NCBI RefSeq assembly: GCF_006345805.1
Contig: NC_043000.1
Coordinates: forward strand, 138,074,001-138,138,000
Direction of reading: 5' to 3'
From: Octopus sinensis
Lineage: Eukaryota
Length of the DNA: 64,000 bases
Each line of letters starts with the position of its first letter. Position 1 is the stretch's first letter. Both the position numbers and the translations under genes were made by a program. Shown in pieces: positions 24,265 to 37,080 of the stretch. Under the pieces are notes generated by a model. That model searched no databases. It was given only the letters and a program-made list of their open reading frames with translations, and was not told where the DNA came from.

Positions 24265-24965
24265 TATTACCCGTCGCTGATCGGGTTATTAGATTTACTC
24301 TTTCTCGGGAGCCACATTCAAAGTGTTATTATATAAAGAGATTTGCTCCTCTTGCACGAGTGTATTTTATAAGAAAAAATATGTAATAACGGAAGTAGAA
24401 AAAAAGATCAGTTTCATGTACGAACGTCTGTTTATTTATTATATGACTACGAGCAATATGTACCCCGTCCAATGGGCGGTGCTGAATCATATCTGCTGGA
24501 ATAAAAAGCAATTAGTGTTTTTTCATTAAAAAATAATTAAGCATGCCTTTATTTCAATAAAATTTTTGGTTTTGCTAAACGTAGTTAAGGCAAAAAAAAA
24601 CTTCTTGAGAAACCAAATAGTCTTTCCTTCCTTCATGCCAAGTTTGAAGAAAATATCTCTTTTGCATCTTACATTTTGGTCTCTTAAATATACTGTATTT
24701 TGCGCAAACTGCACGTGCATTTTTCTCGCGTACGCGTAGTATCGATCGCAACAGCTGATGTACTTGCGCGTACAAATGCACGTTTCCACGGCTTTATCGA
24801 TCGCATTCTCACCTGGAATCGATTTTTGTAATTTTTTTTCCAGACTTATACATGCCTCGATACCGTCGGTATCGATGTATCAAATTTGAGCGCAACAGGA
24901 TGAAGGATGCCCGAGATCCTAGAAGACACACACACAGACAGACAGAACCGATTTTATATAATAGA
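24265..24965 (-). mobile_element. Non-autonomous Helitron-like family H2
   Basis: A|TCTATTATATAAAATCGG 5' end, (CTGT)n/(GT)n near the 5' end, hairpin CCCGATCAGCGACGGG near the 3' end. Confidence 0.7.
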
Positions 24966-25619
24966 TAATAAGTATATACTCTCACCTGATACTTAAACAA
25001 ACTTACAATGTGCTGGTACAAAATTTAATCGAAGCAATGTAGATGTGTGGATATAAAGAAAATTTTAAACGCATGCTTTTAAGTATTTCTTCACGGACAG
25101 ACAAAGAGTGAACAATCTGACTACTACTAATATTATGGTATTTCCAATTCAATGAAAATAGCATGTTTGGCAGGTTTATAAATATATTGCCTAAGTTTAC
25201 CTATTTCTCTGTGGACAAAATGAGGTATACGCTGCGTTTCAGGAAGTCTCCAATTAAAATCTAAATTTCTTCCGTTTCTCACACACATACACACATATAC
25301 TTACTCTAACATACAAACGTGCACACACTTACACACTTACACACAACACTCAAGCATAGAGTATACTTGTGTCTGTATAGATCCAATTATAATATCACTA
25401 AAAGACAGGTTTCCACAATTATTGGCTCTAAGATTCGTCGTAACACGTGTGAATACATGCATGTGTGTGTGTGTGCTCATTCGTGTATGTGTGTGTGTGT
25501 GTATGTGTGCGTGTAAAACGTTCGTTTTAAAAAACATCATGTAGGTTTCTTCATCTGTAAAAAATTTCTCCTTGTGACACTTGAAATAATAAATAAATAT
25601 TTAGATGTTATAAACATTT

Positions 25620-26010
25620 AGGCGTAGGAGTGGCTGTGTGGTAAGTAGGTTGCTAACCAACCACATGGTTCCGGGTTCAGTCCCACTGCGTGGCATCTTG
25701 GGCAAGTGTCTTCTGCTATAGCCCCGGGCCGACCAATGGTAGACAGAAACTGAAAGACGCCCGTCGTATATATGTATATATATATATATAAGTGTGTGTG
25801 TATATGTTTGTGTGTCTGTGTTTGTCCCCCTAGCATTGCTTGACAACCGATGCTGGTGTGTTTACGTCCCCGTCACTTAGCGGTTCGGCAAAATAGACCG
25901 ATAGAATAAGTACTGGGCTTACAAAAGAATAAGTCCCGGGTGTCGATTTGCTCGACTAAAGGCGGTGCTCCAGCATGGCCGCAGTCAAAGGACTGAAACA
26001 AGTAAAAGAG
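25620..26010 (+). mobile_element. SINE family A (small internal deletion)
   Basis: Head and tail match. Confidence 0.9.
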
Positions 26011-26456
26011 AAAAATATAACGTTTGAGGAAATCACTTTGCGTTTTTTTTTTTGTTGTTGTTTTTTTTTGTTTTTTGGCAAGTAAAATTGAAACACAATG
26101 CGAGTAAGAGATAGATAGGAAAATGAAAAGAAAGTGGATTGAGTGACGAAAAAGAGTGACGGAAAAGAAACTGGAGGCACACATAAGGAGAAAGAAAAAA
26201 AACCAGAGAGGAAAAAGTGAGTGGAAGGGAGAGTGAAATGAAGAAAAGTCGGCGAGAAATCGTTTTGTTTTTTCCCCTGTATCTTAGTACAGATACTGAC
26301 ATGTGTATATGTGTGCGAGTATGCATTTTATGTGCGTCACGTACATGTGTAACTATTTTGCGCGTCAGTTACTTAGTATATATACCGAATTTCATGGCCT
26401 ATAAGACGCACGAGTGCAGAGGACGCATCCTAGCGTAAGCTATATACATTTGTAAA

Positions 26457-26690
26457 AGGCGGCGAGCTGGCAGAAACGTTAGCGCGCAGGGCGAAATGCT
26501 TAGCGGTATTTCGTCTGTCGTTACGTTCTGAGTTCGAATTCCGCCGAGGTTGACTTTGTCTTTCATCCTTTCGGGGTCGATAAATAAAGTACCAGTTTCG
26601 CACTGGGGTCGATGTAATTGACTTAATCCGTTTGTCTGTCCTTGTTTGTCCCCTGTGTGTTTAGCCCCTTGTGGGTAGTAAAGAAATAAA
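26457..26690 (+). mobile_element. SINE family B nested in the MITE
   Basis: Near-consensus copy. Confidence 0.9.
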
Positions 26691-26747
26691 TATACATTTG
26701 TAAAATAAATTACCACTAAAATAATCTTTTAATTCCTCCAATTACCT

Positions 26748-26967
26748 ACTCTTTTGTACTTGTTTCAGTCATTTGACTGCGACCATGCTGGAGCACCACC
26801 TTTAGTCGAGCAAATCGACCCCAGGACTTATTCTTTGTAAGCCTAGTACTTATTCTATCGGTCTGTTTTGCCGAACCGCTAAGTTACGGGGACGTAAACA
26901 CACCACCATCAGTTGTTAAGCGATGTTGGAGGGACAAACACAGACACACAAACTCACACGCACACAC

Positions 26968-27010
<43 letters not shown>

Positions 27011-27178
27011 TACGACGGGCTTCTTTCAGTTTCCGTCTACCAAATCAACTCACAAGGCTTTGGTCGGTCCAAGGTTATAGTAGAAGACACTTCCCCAAGG
27101 TGCCACGCAGTAGGACTGAACCCGGAACCATGTGGTTGGTTAAGCAAGCTACTTACCACACAGCCACTCCTGCGCCTG
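26748..27178 (-). mobile_element. SINE family A nested in the MITE
   Basis: Full-length reverse complement. Confidence 0.9.
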
Positions 27179-28480
27179 TATAAGTTTATTTTATTAGCGG
27201 TAATTATAAGCAATTTATTACATCTACATTCGATATAAACATACCGTAGGCGATTGTTCATCAATAGATGGCAGCACATGTTTTGTAAACATACATGCCG
27301 TTTTGAGCGGGTTTTGAGCCTACATTGAGTGCATTGGAGGCAAGGGGATTTTTAAATCCCTTTTTGGGTAAAACAAAAATATTTATATATTTCGTAAAGT
27401 CGTCGAAATTGAGATGTGCTTCTTTACAACGCACCAGGATCACGATTCTTTTTTAAATATGGTTGGTATTCAATTTTATATAGTTCAATGCGAATGAGTG
27501 TTCTTCGTCTTATAGGCCATCAAATACGGTATATAAGAAGATAACTGCGTAAAAGTCTGTACGAAGAGTACTCCATCCAATGAGAGTTCAATATCACTAA
27601 ACGTTTCCACTACATGTAATTATCGTGCTACTAATAGTTTCTCGTACATGCGTACGTTCATCAGGCACCAATCGCGATAAGTACAGGTAGTTGAAAAGTT
27701 TGGTCACCCTTATACATATATATATATATATACACACACACACATAAATATGTGTATGCATATATGTATGTATATGTGGCATAACTACATACAAAACATA
27801 TATATGTACGTATGTATGTATGTATGTATGTATGTATGTATGTATGTATGTATGTCTCTACGTATAATCCTTGACAGTAACTCCACCTGCTATTCCTCTC
27901 TTCATATATTCTTGTTCAGAGTCGACATTTAAAAATAAACCTTTTGCTCTATTGAAGTTGTGCTTCGTCGTAATTTTTCAAAGCAAACCACTGAACTTGA
28001 CCCGTCTTTGACTTTTTATTCCATACAAATCTAATTTCTTACACGTGATCTTACATACTTCAATGATCCGTAACAATAATACAAAGCCAATTGCTAATTT
28101 CTCGCACTAAATTTTCCCACTTAATGCACATATCACCTACTAGACTCAACAAGGTTGATGAAACTTGTTCAGTTAGGACAATATCTTCTTTACTAACTCC
28201 ACCATTCTATGAGCGCTCACCGTCCCTTTATGATTCTTATTCTAGTTTTCCTCTGTGTTCTACTGTCTCTTTTGCATAAACTCTTTATTTGTGGCCATCC
28301 AATTATGTTATCTGTAAAACTATGTTTTTTTATGCTGCAAAAAGACGCCATTATAAGACAGCTATTATTTCAACCACACTGCTCAAGTCACAGGATGAAT
28401 CAAAATATGCATACATAATGCTTGGAAAACTCAATCTTTTACAGTTTAACGTAAGTAGCTAAGCTAAAACTTTGATGTTA

Positions 28481-28635
28481 CTATCAAAAATCTCTTACAA
28501 ATATTTATATATTTCGTAAAGTCGTCGAAATTGAGATGTGCTTCTTTACAACGCACCAGGATCTCGATTCTGTTTTAAATATGGTTGGTATTCAATTTTA
28601 TATAGTTCAATGCGAATGAGTGTTCTTCGTCTTAT
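28481..28635 (+). repeat. Direct duplicate of 27379-27513
   Basis: atatttatatatttcgtaaagtcgtcg...gttcttcgtcttata present twice with few mismatches. Confidence 0.9.
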
Positions 28636-28774
28636 ATTAGGGAGTAGAAATATAGCAGAATAACAGTCGCCAGCAAAGATTACTTTGCATAGAGCATCAA
28701 TAACAGAGGCGGGTGGATTATGCTTATGTGCCAATTATGACGTTGTATATTTATATATTTCCTTTTACATAGAG

Positions 28775-28971
28775 CAGTGGTTTTCAACCAGAGTTCCGCG
28801 GAACCTTGGGGTTCCGCAAGAAGTTACAAAACTGATAAAATCGGCAGTAATTCTTAATTCTCCTGTGCAGATATGTGTGCATAAGACTATTAAATTATTG
28901 CACAGGGGTTCCTCGAACCATTGGAATGTTTCCTTGGGGTTCCGCTCCAGCAAAAAGTTTGAAAAGCACTG
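28775..28971. mobile_element. hAT (Charlie-like) MITE
   Basis: CAGTGGTTTTCAA..TTGAAAAGCACTG TIRs; 8-bp TSD acatagag/acaaagag. Confidence 0.88.
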
Positions 28972-29649
28972 ACAAAGAGGTATATAAAAGTAAACAACTC
29001 CAGTTTAAACGGGGTTAACTACTTTGGTTATTTACATTATATTTTATACATTTTTTATTCCTTATGCCTCCATTCGTCGATTCCACTTCAAAGAAAAAGG
29101 CAATAAGCTACGGAACTGCAAAGTCGTAGGTAAATAGACTTATCTGAAAAACAATTAGAACCAAAAGGAAGAATGAATATACACATTTACTCTACTTCGC
29201 TCAAGAAAGATCAAATCAGTAAAAACGCGCCGAAGAATGAATGAAGCTTAAACATTAAAAAAATTTGAACTAGAAATAAAGTTAAACCCACTATGGATGA
29301 ATTGGCATCGAATAGATATTAAACAGTCATTCCTGAAGAATCAATTTGCATGGCTGTTAACACCATCGCGAGGTATTTCACTTGAACCAACTTTTTAAAC
29401 ATGCAGTTTCATTTCTGATCTCGATTGTTGAATGCAAATTGTATAAGATGTGTAAATATATTTTATTATAAACATGGTTTTCTATATTTAAAATTCATTT
29501 TATTGTCTTTTTCATTCCATTTAAGTAAGATAAACATATTTGTATTTGCCGTCAGTATTTATGGTATTACTACACTACTGTATGTGTGCATGTGTGTGTG
29601 TGTGTATGCGTCCGTGCATGTATCATGTATGAATATAAATATGTAAATA

Positions 29650-29652
29650 TGT

Positions 29653-29712
<60 letters not shown>

Positions 29713-29774
29713 TTATTTATATATATTTATTTATATATATTATATATATTTATTTATTTATATATATATATATA

Positions 29775-29822
<48 letters not shown>

Positions 29823-29882
29823 ATATATACATAGAGAGAGAAAGATAGATAGATAGATAGATATAGATAGATAGATAGATAG

Positions 29883-29924
<42 letters not shown>

Positions 29925-29925
29925 T
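29650..29925. repeat. (TA)n, (TTTA)n and (GATA)n compound microsatellite
   Basis: Directly visible. Confidence 0.97.
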
Positions 29926-30906
29926 TATCTATGCCGATATATGCATGCAGGATGTATGTATGTGTGAATGTATATATAAATATATACACATACATATGTG
30001 TATGCATATATGTATATCATTGTATGTATTTGTGCTATTGATTCGTTGGCTTTATAAATGAAGAATAGCGCTTCTTAGAGAAAACCTGAGTTTGTAGTAT
30101 TTTTTATTAATCTTATAATTTTCTTCATATTTTCGCATGCAAGAAATTCATAGAAAAAAATGAGAAAAACTTGAGAAAAACGATAAAGCTAGAATACGGT
30201 CGTGTTTTCAATAAGTCTAAAATATATCTATATGTGTTCGTGTGTTTTTCTGTTTTTTTATGTGTTTGCGTGTATGTGTGTTTGTATGTTTGTGCGTATG
30301 CGTTTATGTGTGCGTGCGTGTGAGTGTGTGCGGGCGCGCTTGCCTGTGCGTGTATATGTGTGTGTGTGTGTGTGTGGATTAGGGGAAACCTTATGTTTAG
30401 AAACGAATAGAAAAGTTCTGAACGCATAGAATTTTTATATTTTACTCGAAGCTGAAACTTCTTGATACGTTACTTGCATAATATTCAAACGATTGAAGTA
30501 GATATCATGATATCTTTGGTCTACGGGAATGATTATTTATAAGATTTTGGAAAATCCATTAACGCCGTAAAAGACACTGGCTTCTGAGATGATATTAGTG
30601 TTATAACGAGGTAAAGAAACCGTTACTATGAATATTATAAATTTGAATACTGTTTATTGTGAATATCTCAACGATACGTTAACATCGCTGTATGCTTTCT
30701 TTCACGTGATTATGTAAATTTAAAGTGGCTATTAGTTCCATGTGAATGAAGTATAACCTGTCAGTTACAGGATCACATTCGAACATTATAACCTTTGGAT
30801 AAATTCCGTATCACATGGCACGGCAATGGAATCGCTGTTGAGATCCGAGATTTTGATGACTAATCCGAACCTTGTCGAAACATAGATAAGATCTTTAGTA
30901 ACCACC

Positions 30907-31318
30907 TCTCTATATATAAAAGTAATAATCTCTCTATATATAAAGCTGAAGTTGTCTGTGTATGGCAGTTTTGGTAGCTTTCAACTAACACTATCTCCTC
31001 TGAGACCCTACAGCACAAGTTGACCAAAATTTAGAGTATGATAGACAAAGACTTGCTCTCCCTTCCGCAGAAGAAAAATTCGAATCGGACCATGTTAACA
31101 CCAAAAATTATTTACATCAAAAAGGTGTTTTTTCTATGAAAATCCTTATTTTATTACGATTTTTTGACTGCTGTGTCGTTATTTTTCGGTGTATTTTAAC
31201 CAGAAAAAGGTTCACTTAAAGAGAATAACAAGCTACATAATGCAAATTTTTTACTTTTGAAAAATTCTAATTCTAAAGGGTCGAAACAAAACCGAGCAAC
31301 GCCGGTCGATACTGCTAG
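30907..31318 (+). mobile_element. Non-autonomous Helitron (H1-type termini, different body)
   Basis: Duplicated TCTCTATATATAAA 5' head, hairpin ACCGAGCAACGCCGGT, CTAG|T 3' end. Confidence 0.85.
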
Positions 31319-31339
31319 TAATCATTATTATCATAAGCA

Positions 31340-31815
31340 GGAACGTGAAAGCCCGGAGGAGACAAATATATTTTCATCAAGAGCCGGAATCGAGGATATT
31401 CTGAATTGTTTCTAAGGATTAATTTGACACAGCAGATGGACATACGTTTCGGGGATACAGAGGAGATAATATTATTTAATGTAGGAACTACAACAAAGTT
31501 GATCACTGCAGAAAGGACTAGATTTATGCCTCTGCATCAGCAAGCCTCTAAATAATTTTTGTCTCATTTTCGTAAAGGTGCTATTTTCCGAGAAAGAACT
31601 GAAGAATTTACACGAGTAAAAGTCACTGAAAGCAATCATTATTCATAGATCAAGAATGCTGGAACAGCTACAGTTTGGGAATATATCTATCGAAGTTTCT
31701 GTGAACTTCCTACACCAAGAGATAATATCGAATTAAAAGTCGATATTTTTCACGAAATAGAACCAAGAGTTGCCAATGCTTATCACCTTACCAAAACAAA
31801 GAATTTTTTTTTTTA
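31340..31815 (+). pseudogene. Decayed ORF of unknown family
   Basis: About 155 codons in one frame with only two internal stops despite AT-rich DNA (KPGGDKYIFIKSRNRGYSELF..TVWEYIYRSFCELP..). Confidence 0.3.
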
Positions 31816-31914
31816 ATGCAAAATATGTGATTACATGAATTAGTTGAATGGAAAATGCTCTGCACTTGTAAAAAAGAATGATAATTTTGCAAAAAAAAAA
31901 TCCATCTTTATCGT

Positions 31915-32770
31915 TTTGTAACTTTTAAAAAACTATATCGAACGTGCTGAATAAATTGAGCACAAAAGCTCTGACAGAAACAAATATTTTTACGTTACAA
32001 TGCAAAGAAAAACACACCTTAATGTATATTATCAGTTTAGATATGTTAGTGGATACCAGTAGTGTGATCACATTAATTCTCAGCAACTTCTGGATATTCA
32101 TTGGTCAAATTAAACATCACGAAATCCATCTGCAACTTCTCCATTTTGATGGATCAGATTTTTAAAAGCCTTCTAGAAATATGGACCCGATATGAAACTA
32201 TACAAGTAGTGGAACAGAACCTTGATGGAAACCAAGATTTTGTCAAAGCTGATATATTTACGATTAATCAACTGTATTATGTGTGTGATGTCGAAGATAT
32301 CGGAGTGTTAGAAGATCGTACGATATCTGGGGATGGAAGCACTCCGTCGGTTACGACGATGAGGGTTCCGGTTGATCCGAATCAACGGAACAGCCTGCTC
32401 GTGAAATTAACGTGTAAGTGGCTGAGCACTCCACAGACCCGTGTACCCTTAACGTAGTTCTCGGGGATATTCAGCGTGACACAGAGAGTGACAAGGCCGG
32501 CCCTTTGAAATAGAGGTACAACAGAAACAGGAAGTAAGAGTGAGAGAAAGTTGTGGTGAAAGAGTACAGCAGGGATCACCATCATCCCCTGCCGGAGCCT
32601 CGTGGAGCTTTACGTGTTTTCGCTCAGTAAACACTCACAACGCCCGGTCTGGGAATCGAAACCGCGATCCTATGACCGCGAGTCCGCTGCCCTAACCACT
32701 GGGCCATTGCGCCTCCACTGAACGATATCTATAAGAGCGATTAAAAGAAAATATACACGCACCAGATTTT
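31915..32770 (+). pseudogene. Decayed coding paralog A (unknown family), interrupted by SINE C
   Basis: About 70% nucleotide identity to 33500-34215 on the opposite strand; shared motifs TExxxFTLQ, LExxxRYE, DxEDIxVL. Confidence 0.5.
32329..32721 (-). mobile_element. SINE family C, full length
   Basis: tRNA-like head; 9-bp TSD ACGATATCT (32320-32328 / 32722-32730). Confidence 0.92.
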
Positions 32771-33144
32771 AGGTTGCGAAAAATATCAGTTTATATTTTC
32801 TCAAAAGTAGTTATAAAAAATGAAAACTGATTGTTAAGGTACGGCATATGACCACATATTCCACTTGGTGTTTGCGAGTTGCTGTACTCTTTTGTAGTTG
32901 TAAGAAAACCAGACGGGAACTTGCGTGACAATTGTGGTTACAGAAACGACGTTAATCAAACTTTTTCAGACACTTGACTATCCTCCATTATTGAATTTGC
33001 TCTCTTAGTATAAACGCTTAGATGTGAACACAGGAATATTTTATAAAGTCTGATTGACACGACATAGGATAGAATACATCACCGGCAGAGCCTAACTAAT
33101 ATTCATAAGCGTAAAATTATCTCCTATATAGGATAAATATTCTC

Positions 33145-33448
33145 TCTCTTTTGCTCTCTTTTACTTGTTTCAGTCATTTGACTGCGGCCATGCTGGAGCA
33201 CCGCCTTTAATCGAGCAACTCGACCCCGGGACTTATTATTTGTAAGCCCAGTACTTATTCTATCGGTCTCTTTTGCCGAACCGCCCAGTGACGGGGACAT
33301 AAACACAGCAGCATCGGTTGTCAAGCAATGCTAGGGGGCCAAACACAGACACACAAACATTCACGCACATATATATATATATATATATATACATATATAC
33401 GACGGGCTTCGTTCAGTTTCCATCTATCAAATCCACTCACAAGGCTTT
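33145..33448 (-). mobile_element. SINE family A, 5'-truncated
   Basis: Tail and body match. Confidence 0.88.
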
Positions 33449-33499
33449 ATTTTACGTGAATTACAGTGAATTCTAGTAGAAAAATATTGATTTCTGTTT

Positions 33500-34215
33500 C
33501 CAATAGTCAAGATGTACATTTTCATTCAGTCTTCTTATTTCAGCTGTGCTACCTTATAATGAAACCTTTTAGCACTCATATATCTTCAGCGTCAGACAAT
33601 ACCGTTAGTTAATTTTGTACCGTCAACATTTGATACATTAGTTTGATCAAAGCCATGACTTTCCTCACTGTCCTCTTCTGCTACTAGTAAACTTTCATAC
33701 CGGATTCTCATTTCTAGAGCGCTTTAACCCTTTAGCATTTAAACCGGCCATATCTGGCCAAAAGTATTCTGACTGTTTTATGGTCAAACTGGCCAGATTT
33801 GGTCTCTCACACCAACCCTACAATATCATTTTAGAAATTAACAGCCACCTCATCAAAATCTCATAGCTACAACATAATGCATGATTAGTTCAAAACAATT
33901 TGGATAAAAAAGCATTAATTTTGGCAGAATAATGTGAACACTAAAGGGTTAAAAAAAGTTTCATCCATCAAACTGGAAAGTTGCCCATGTATTTTGCGAT
34001 GTCTAAGTTAACCTTTGAATATCTAAACATTTCTGAGAATAATCGTATGTTCCGCTAGTATTATCCACATGAATATTTAGGAAGACATTATTCAGTTTAA
34101 CTTCAATTAAGGTGATTTACTTCTTCGCCTTGTAGTGTAAATACAATTGCTTCAGTTTTACAGCTTTTATCAGTCTGTTAAACATCTTCCGTATATCTAT
34201 CTATATTACAGTAAT
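33500..34215 (-). pseudogene. Decayed coding paralog B (unknown family), interrupted by a piggyBac MITE
   Basis: LEMRIRYESLLVAEEDSEESHGFDQTNV aligns without gaps to LEIWTRYETIQVVEQNLDGNQDFVKADI of copy A. Confidence 0.5.
33728..33948. mobile_element. piggyBac-like MITE
   Basis: TTAA|CCCTTTAG ... CTAAAGGG|TTAA. Confidence 0.9.
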
Positions 34216-34257
34216 ATTAATCCCGGTATTCTGCTCATGATCATTAGGTTATGCGTT

Positions 34258-34492
34258 TGAAGGCGGCGAGCTGGCAGACACGTTAGCACGCCGGGCGAAA
34301 TGCGTAGCCGTATTTCGTCTGCCGCTACGTTCAGGGTTCAAATTCCGCCGAGGTCGACTTTGCCTTTCATCCTTTCGGGGTCGATAAATTAAGTACCAGA
34401 AACGCACTGGGGTCGATGTAATCGACTTAATCCGTTTGTCTGTCCTTGTTTGTCCCCTCTATGTTTAGCACCTTGTGGGTAGTAAAGAAATT
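34258..34492 (+). mobile_element. SINE family B monomer (CpG intact)
   Basis: Near-consensus copy. Confidence 0.92.
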
Positions 34493-35529
34493 GATTGCTG
34501 GACTGAATGACACTTTTTTGACCCTGAGCAAGGCATCTTTCCATATACCTTCATTCTACTCAGCCAGCTGCTGGTGTAGCCTCCAGCTATCCCATCCTTG
34601 ATGTTTTGGTAGGTTAAACATGGGGGCGTCTACGATATATCTTGTTTGCTAGCAACAACTAATGCATCTAAAACAACTGCGAAAGCGTGATACAAGCATC
34701 CTTCCAAACAAACTTCTTCACGAGCACAAACATTTGTCCTGGCTGTCTCTACTAACATAATCATGAACATTAGAGAACATATAATAATCAAAACTTTCTG
34801 ACCGCACATAAATACAATAATCGAATAGGCATTAATCTGAAGTAATTTACTCTTTTCTGGATCAAATCTCTTCCAACATCGCATACTACAACAACAGCGG
34901 AAAAATACAGAAAAAGAAACACTATGCATACACTACATTTACCTTTACACTAAGTTTCCACCAATACTTGAAAAATAAACCTGTCGATCAAAAACTCTCT
35001 TGTTAACATTTTGCATGCAAACAATGATTGCACTATGCTTAACATTATTCAACGCAACTACACAATACACGCTACTAGCAACTTAACGATATCTTTTACT
35101 CAACATAACTACTCCATTAAGTTCTTCACATTTGCTCGCTTGTCTCGTATTTATGCAGAAACATTGGGACAAGAAAGATTAAAACCCAGGGCATTCTCGT
35201 CATTAGTTCTTATTCACTCTGGACGTGTAACTACATTCATTCTTTCCAAATGAAACTGCGCATACCGCTCATCCCAGTATATATCATAACAAGAAGACTT
35301 AACTTTCAGGGCGTTGTCGTCAAATGGCCAGTCTTTCCTTTTAATATTAAACTAGTAGGTGTTAATACCATCTTTCGATTTCACGGAAATTTTAAATTTT
35401 AAATTCTAAAAGAAGCCATGGAGCATATTCTTATCACTTATGCTAGGACTGTAACCCCATGTCGCAGCTGTGTACTAGTCGCAGAGCATCTACAGTTCAT
35501 TCAACTATTAGATCAATCATGAGATATAA

Positions 35530-35894
35530 TGGATGGAAGCACTCCATCGGTTACGACGACGAGGGTTCCGGTTGATCCGAATCAACGGAACAGCCTGCTC
35601 GTGAAATTAACGTGTAAGTGGCTGAGCACTCCACAGACACGTGTACCCTTAACGTAGCTCTCGGGGATATTCAGCGTGACACAAAGAGTGACAAGACCGG
35701 CCCTTTGAAGTACAGGTGCAACAGAAACAGGAAGTAAGAGTGAGAGAAAGTTGTGGTGAAGAGTACAGCAGGGATCACCACCATCTTTAGGTGTTTTCGC
35801 TCAAAAAACACTCACAACGCCCGGTCTGGGAATCGAAACCGCGATCCTATGACCGCGAGTCCGCTGCCCTAACCACTGGGCCATTGTGCCTCCC
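35530..35894 (-). mobile_element. SINE family C
   Basis: 12-bp TSD CATGAGATATAA (35518-35529 / 35895-35906). Confidence 0.92.
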
Positions 35895-35999
35895 CATGAG
35901 ATATAAACTGGCTGATTGAATCAAAATTCAAACATCAAATAATTACAATCTCCTTTACTTCGGAACTGCTACCTTACAATTTAGCATCTGAAACTTCCG

Positions 36000-36090
36000 A
36001 GTCCTTTTACGGGGCTTAGAAAAACTAAAGGACTGGTGCAATAAGTGTGTGAATCTGAGAGGAGAATATGTTGAATAAAATCATAATTAA
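36000..36090 (+). mobile_element. mariner 3' fragment
   Basis: GLEKLKDWCNKCVNLRGEYVE* typical mariner C-terminus; same family as 40248-40455. Confidence 0.7.
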
Positions 36091-36474
36091 CCGATCCTCC
36101 TCTATTTTATTTTACCCAAAGCCATCGTATCCCTTCACTTTCGAAGCAAATAGCAGCAAGCAAGAAATATGTATACAAACAGCGTAAAATCTATTTGCTG
36201 ACGTGCAAAAATGTTGCACAAGTATAAAAGAAAATTCGCATTCTGTTCGAAGCAATACAATAGTGCAGACATTATCAATATCACATATTAAATGTAGTAT
36301 GTACGAGTATGTATGCTATTTCGTCTAAGGAAGATTTTTGAGGCAAGTAGGTCTACTGTAAACTCGAAATGACGAATGCTTTGTGAGCGAAATTTAGCAG
36401 TCAAAAATTAGGTAGATGTACAGTATGTGTGTGTGTGTGTACACTTGCAAGTGTGTACTGTGTCCGTATCTGTT

Positions 36475-36695
36475 ATTTCTTTATTGTCCACAAGAGCTAA
36501 ACATAGAGGGGACAAACAAGGACAGACAAAGGGATTAAGTCGATTACATCGACCCCAGTGCGTAACTGGTACTTAATTTATCGACCCCCGAAAGGATGAA
36601 AGGCAAAGTCGACCTCGGCGGAATTTGAACTCAGAATGTAGCGGTAGACGAAATACTGCTAAGCATTTCGCCCGGCGTGCTACCGATTCTGCCCT
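36475..36695 (-). mobile_element. SINE family B
   Basis: Reverse-complement match. Confidence 0.9.
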
Positions 36696-37080
36696 CTGTG
36701 TTAATGTCTATGCCACTTAAAGAACAATGCTAATGTCTGTGACTTATAAGCAAGTGTACGCACACTGTCACACACAAACAGCCATGGACAAACACACATA
36801 TCTATAATTGATTGAATACGTAGAATGGGTTGACCAGGTCAACACAATCTTCATCAATGTTAGCGCTGGAAACAAAGAAATGTTGATGACTGCGTATGTT
36901 GCATTCAGTTCTACTACAAAAACAAATATGGTAGGTAAGAGATATCTTCCGTATATGCTTAAACTCGTTGTCTGTATGTGCACATATTTGTTGGAAGAAA
37001 TATTTAAAATTTTATTTCCTTTTCTGACAGAAAATTTAATAAAAACTAAACAGTGAGCATTAAAAGCAGATTGTCATTGT

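Larger units (their letters stand above)
26385..27529. mobile_element. pogo/Tc2-like MITE with two nested SINEs
   Basis: TA|CCGAATTTCATGGCCTATAAGACG and CGTCTTATAGGCCATCAAATACGG|TA terminal inverted repeats with TA target site. Confidence 0.75.

Noticed and set aside
30500-30900. Extension of the decayed ORF upstream of the Helitron, with a TIR-like FLSRDYV word
   Set aside because: About seven stops in 130 codons is close to random expectation.
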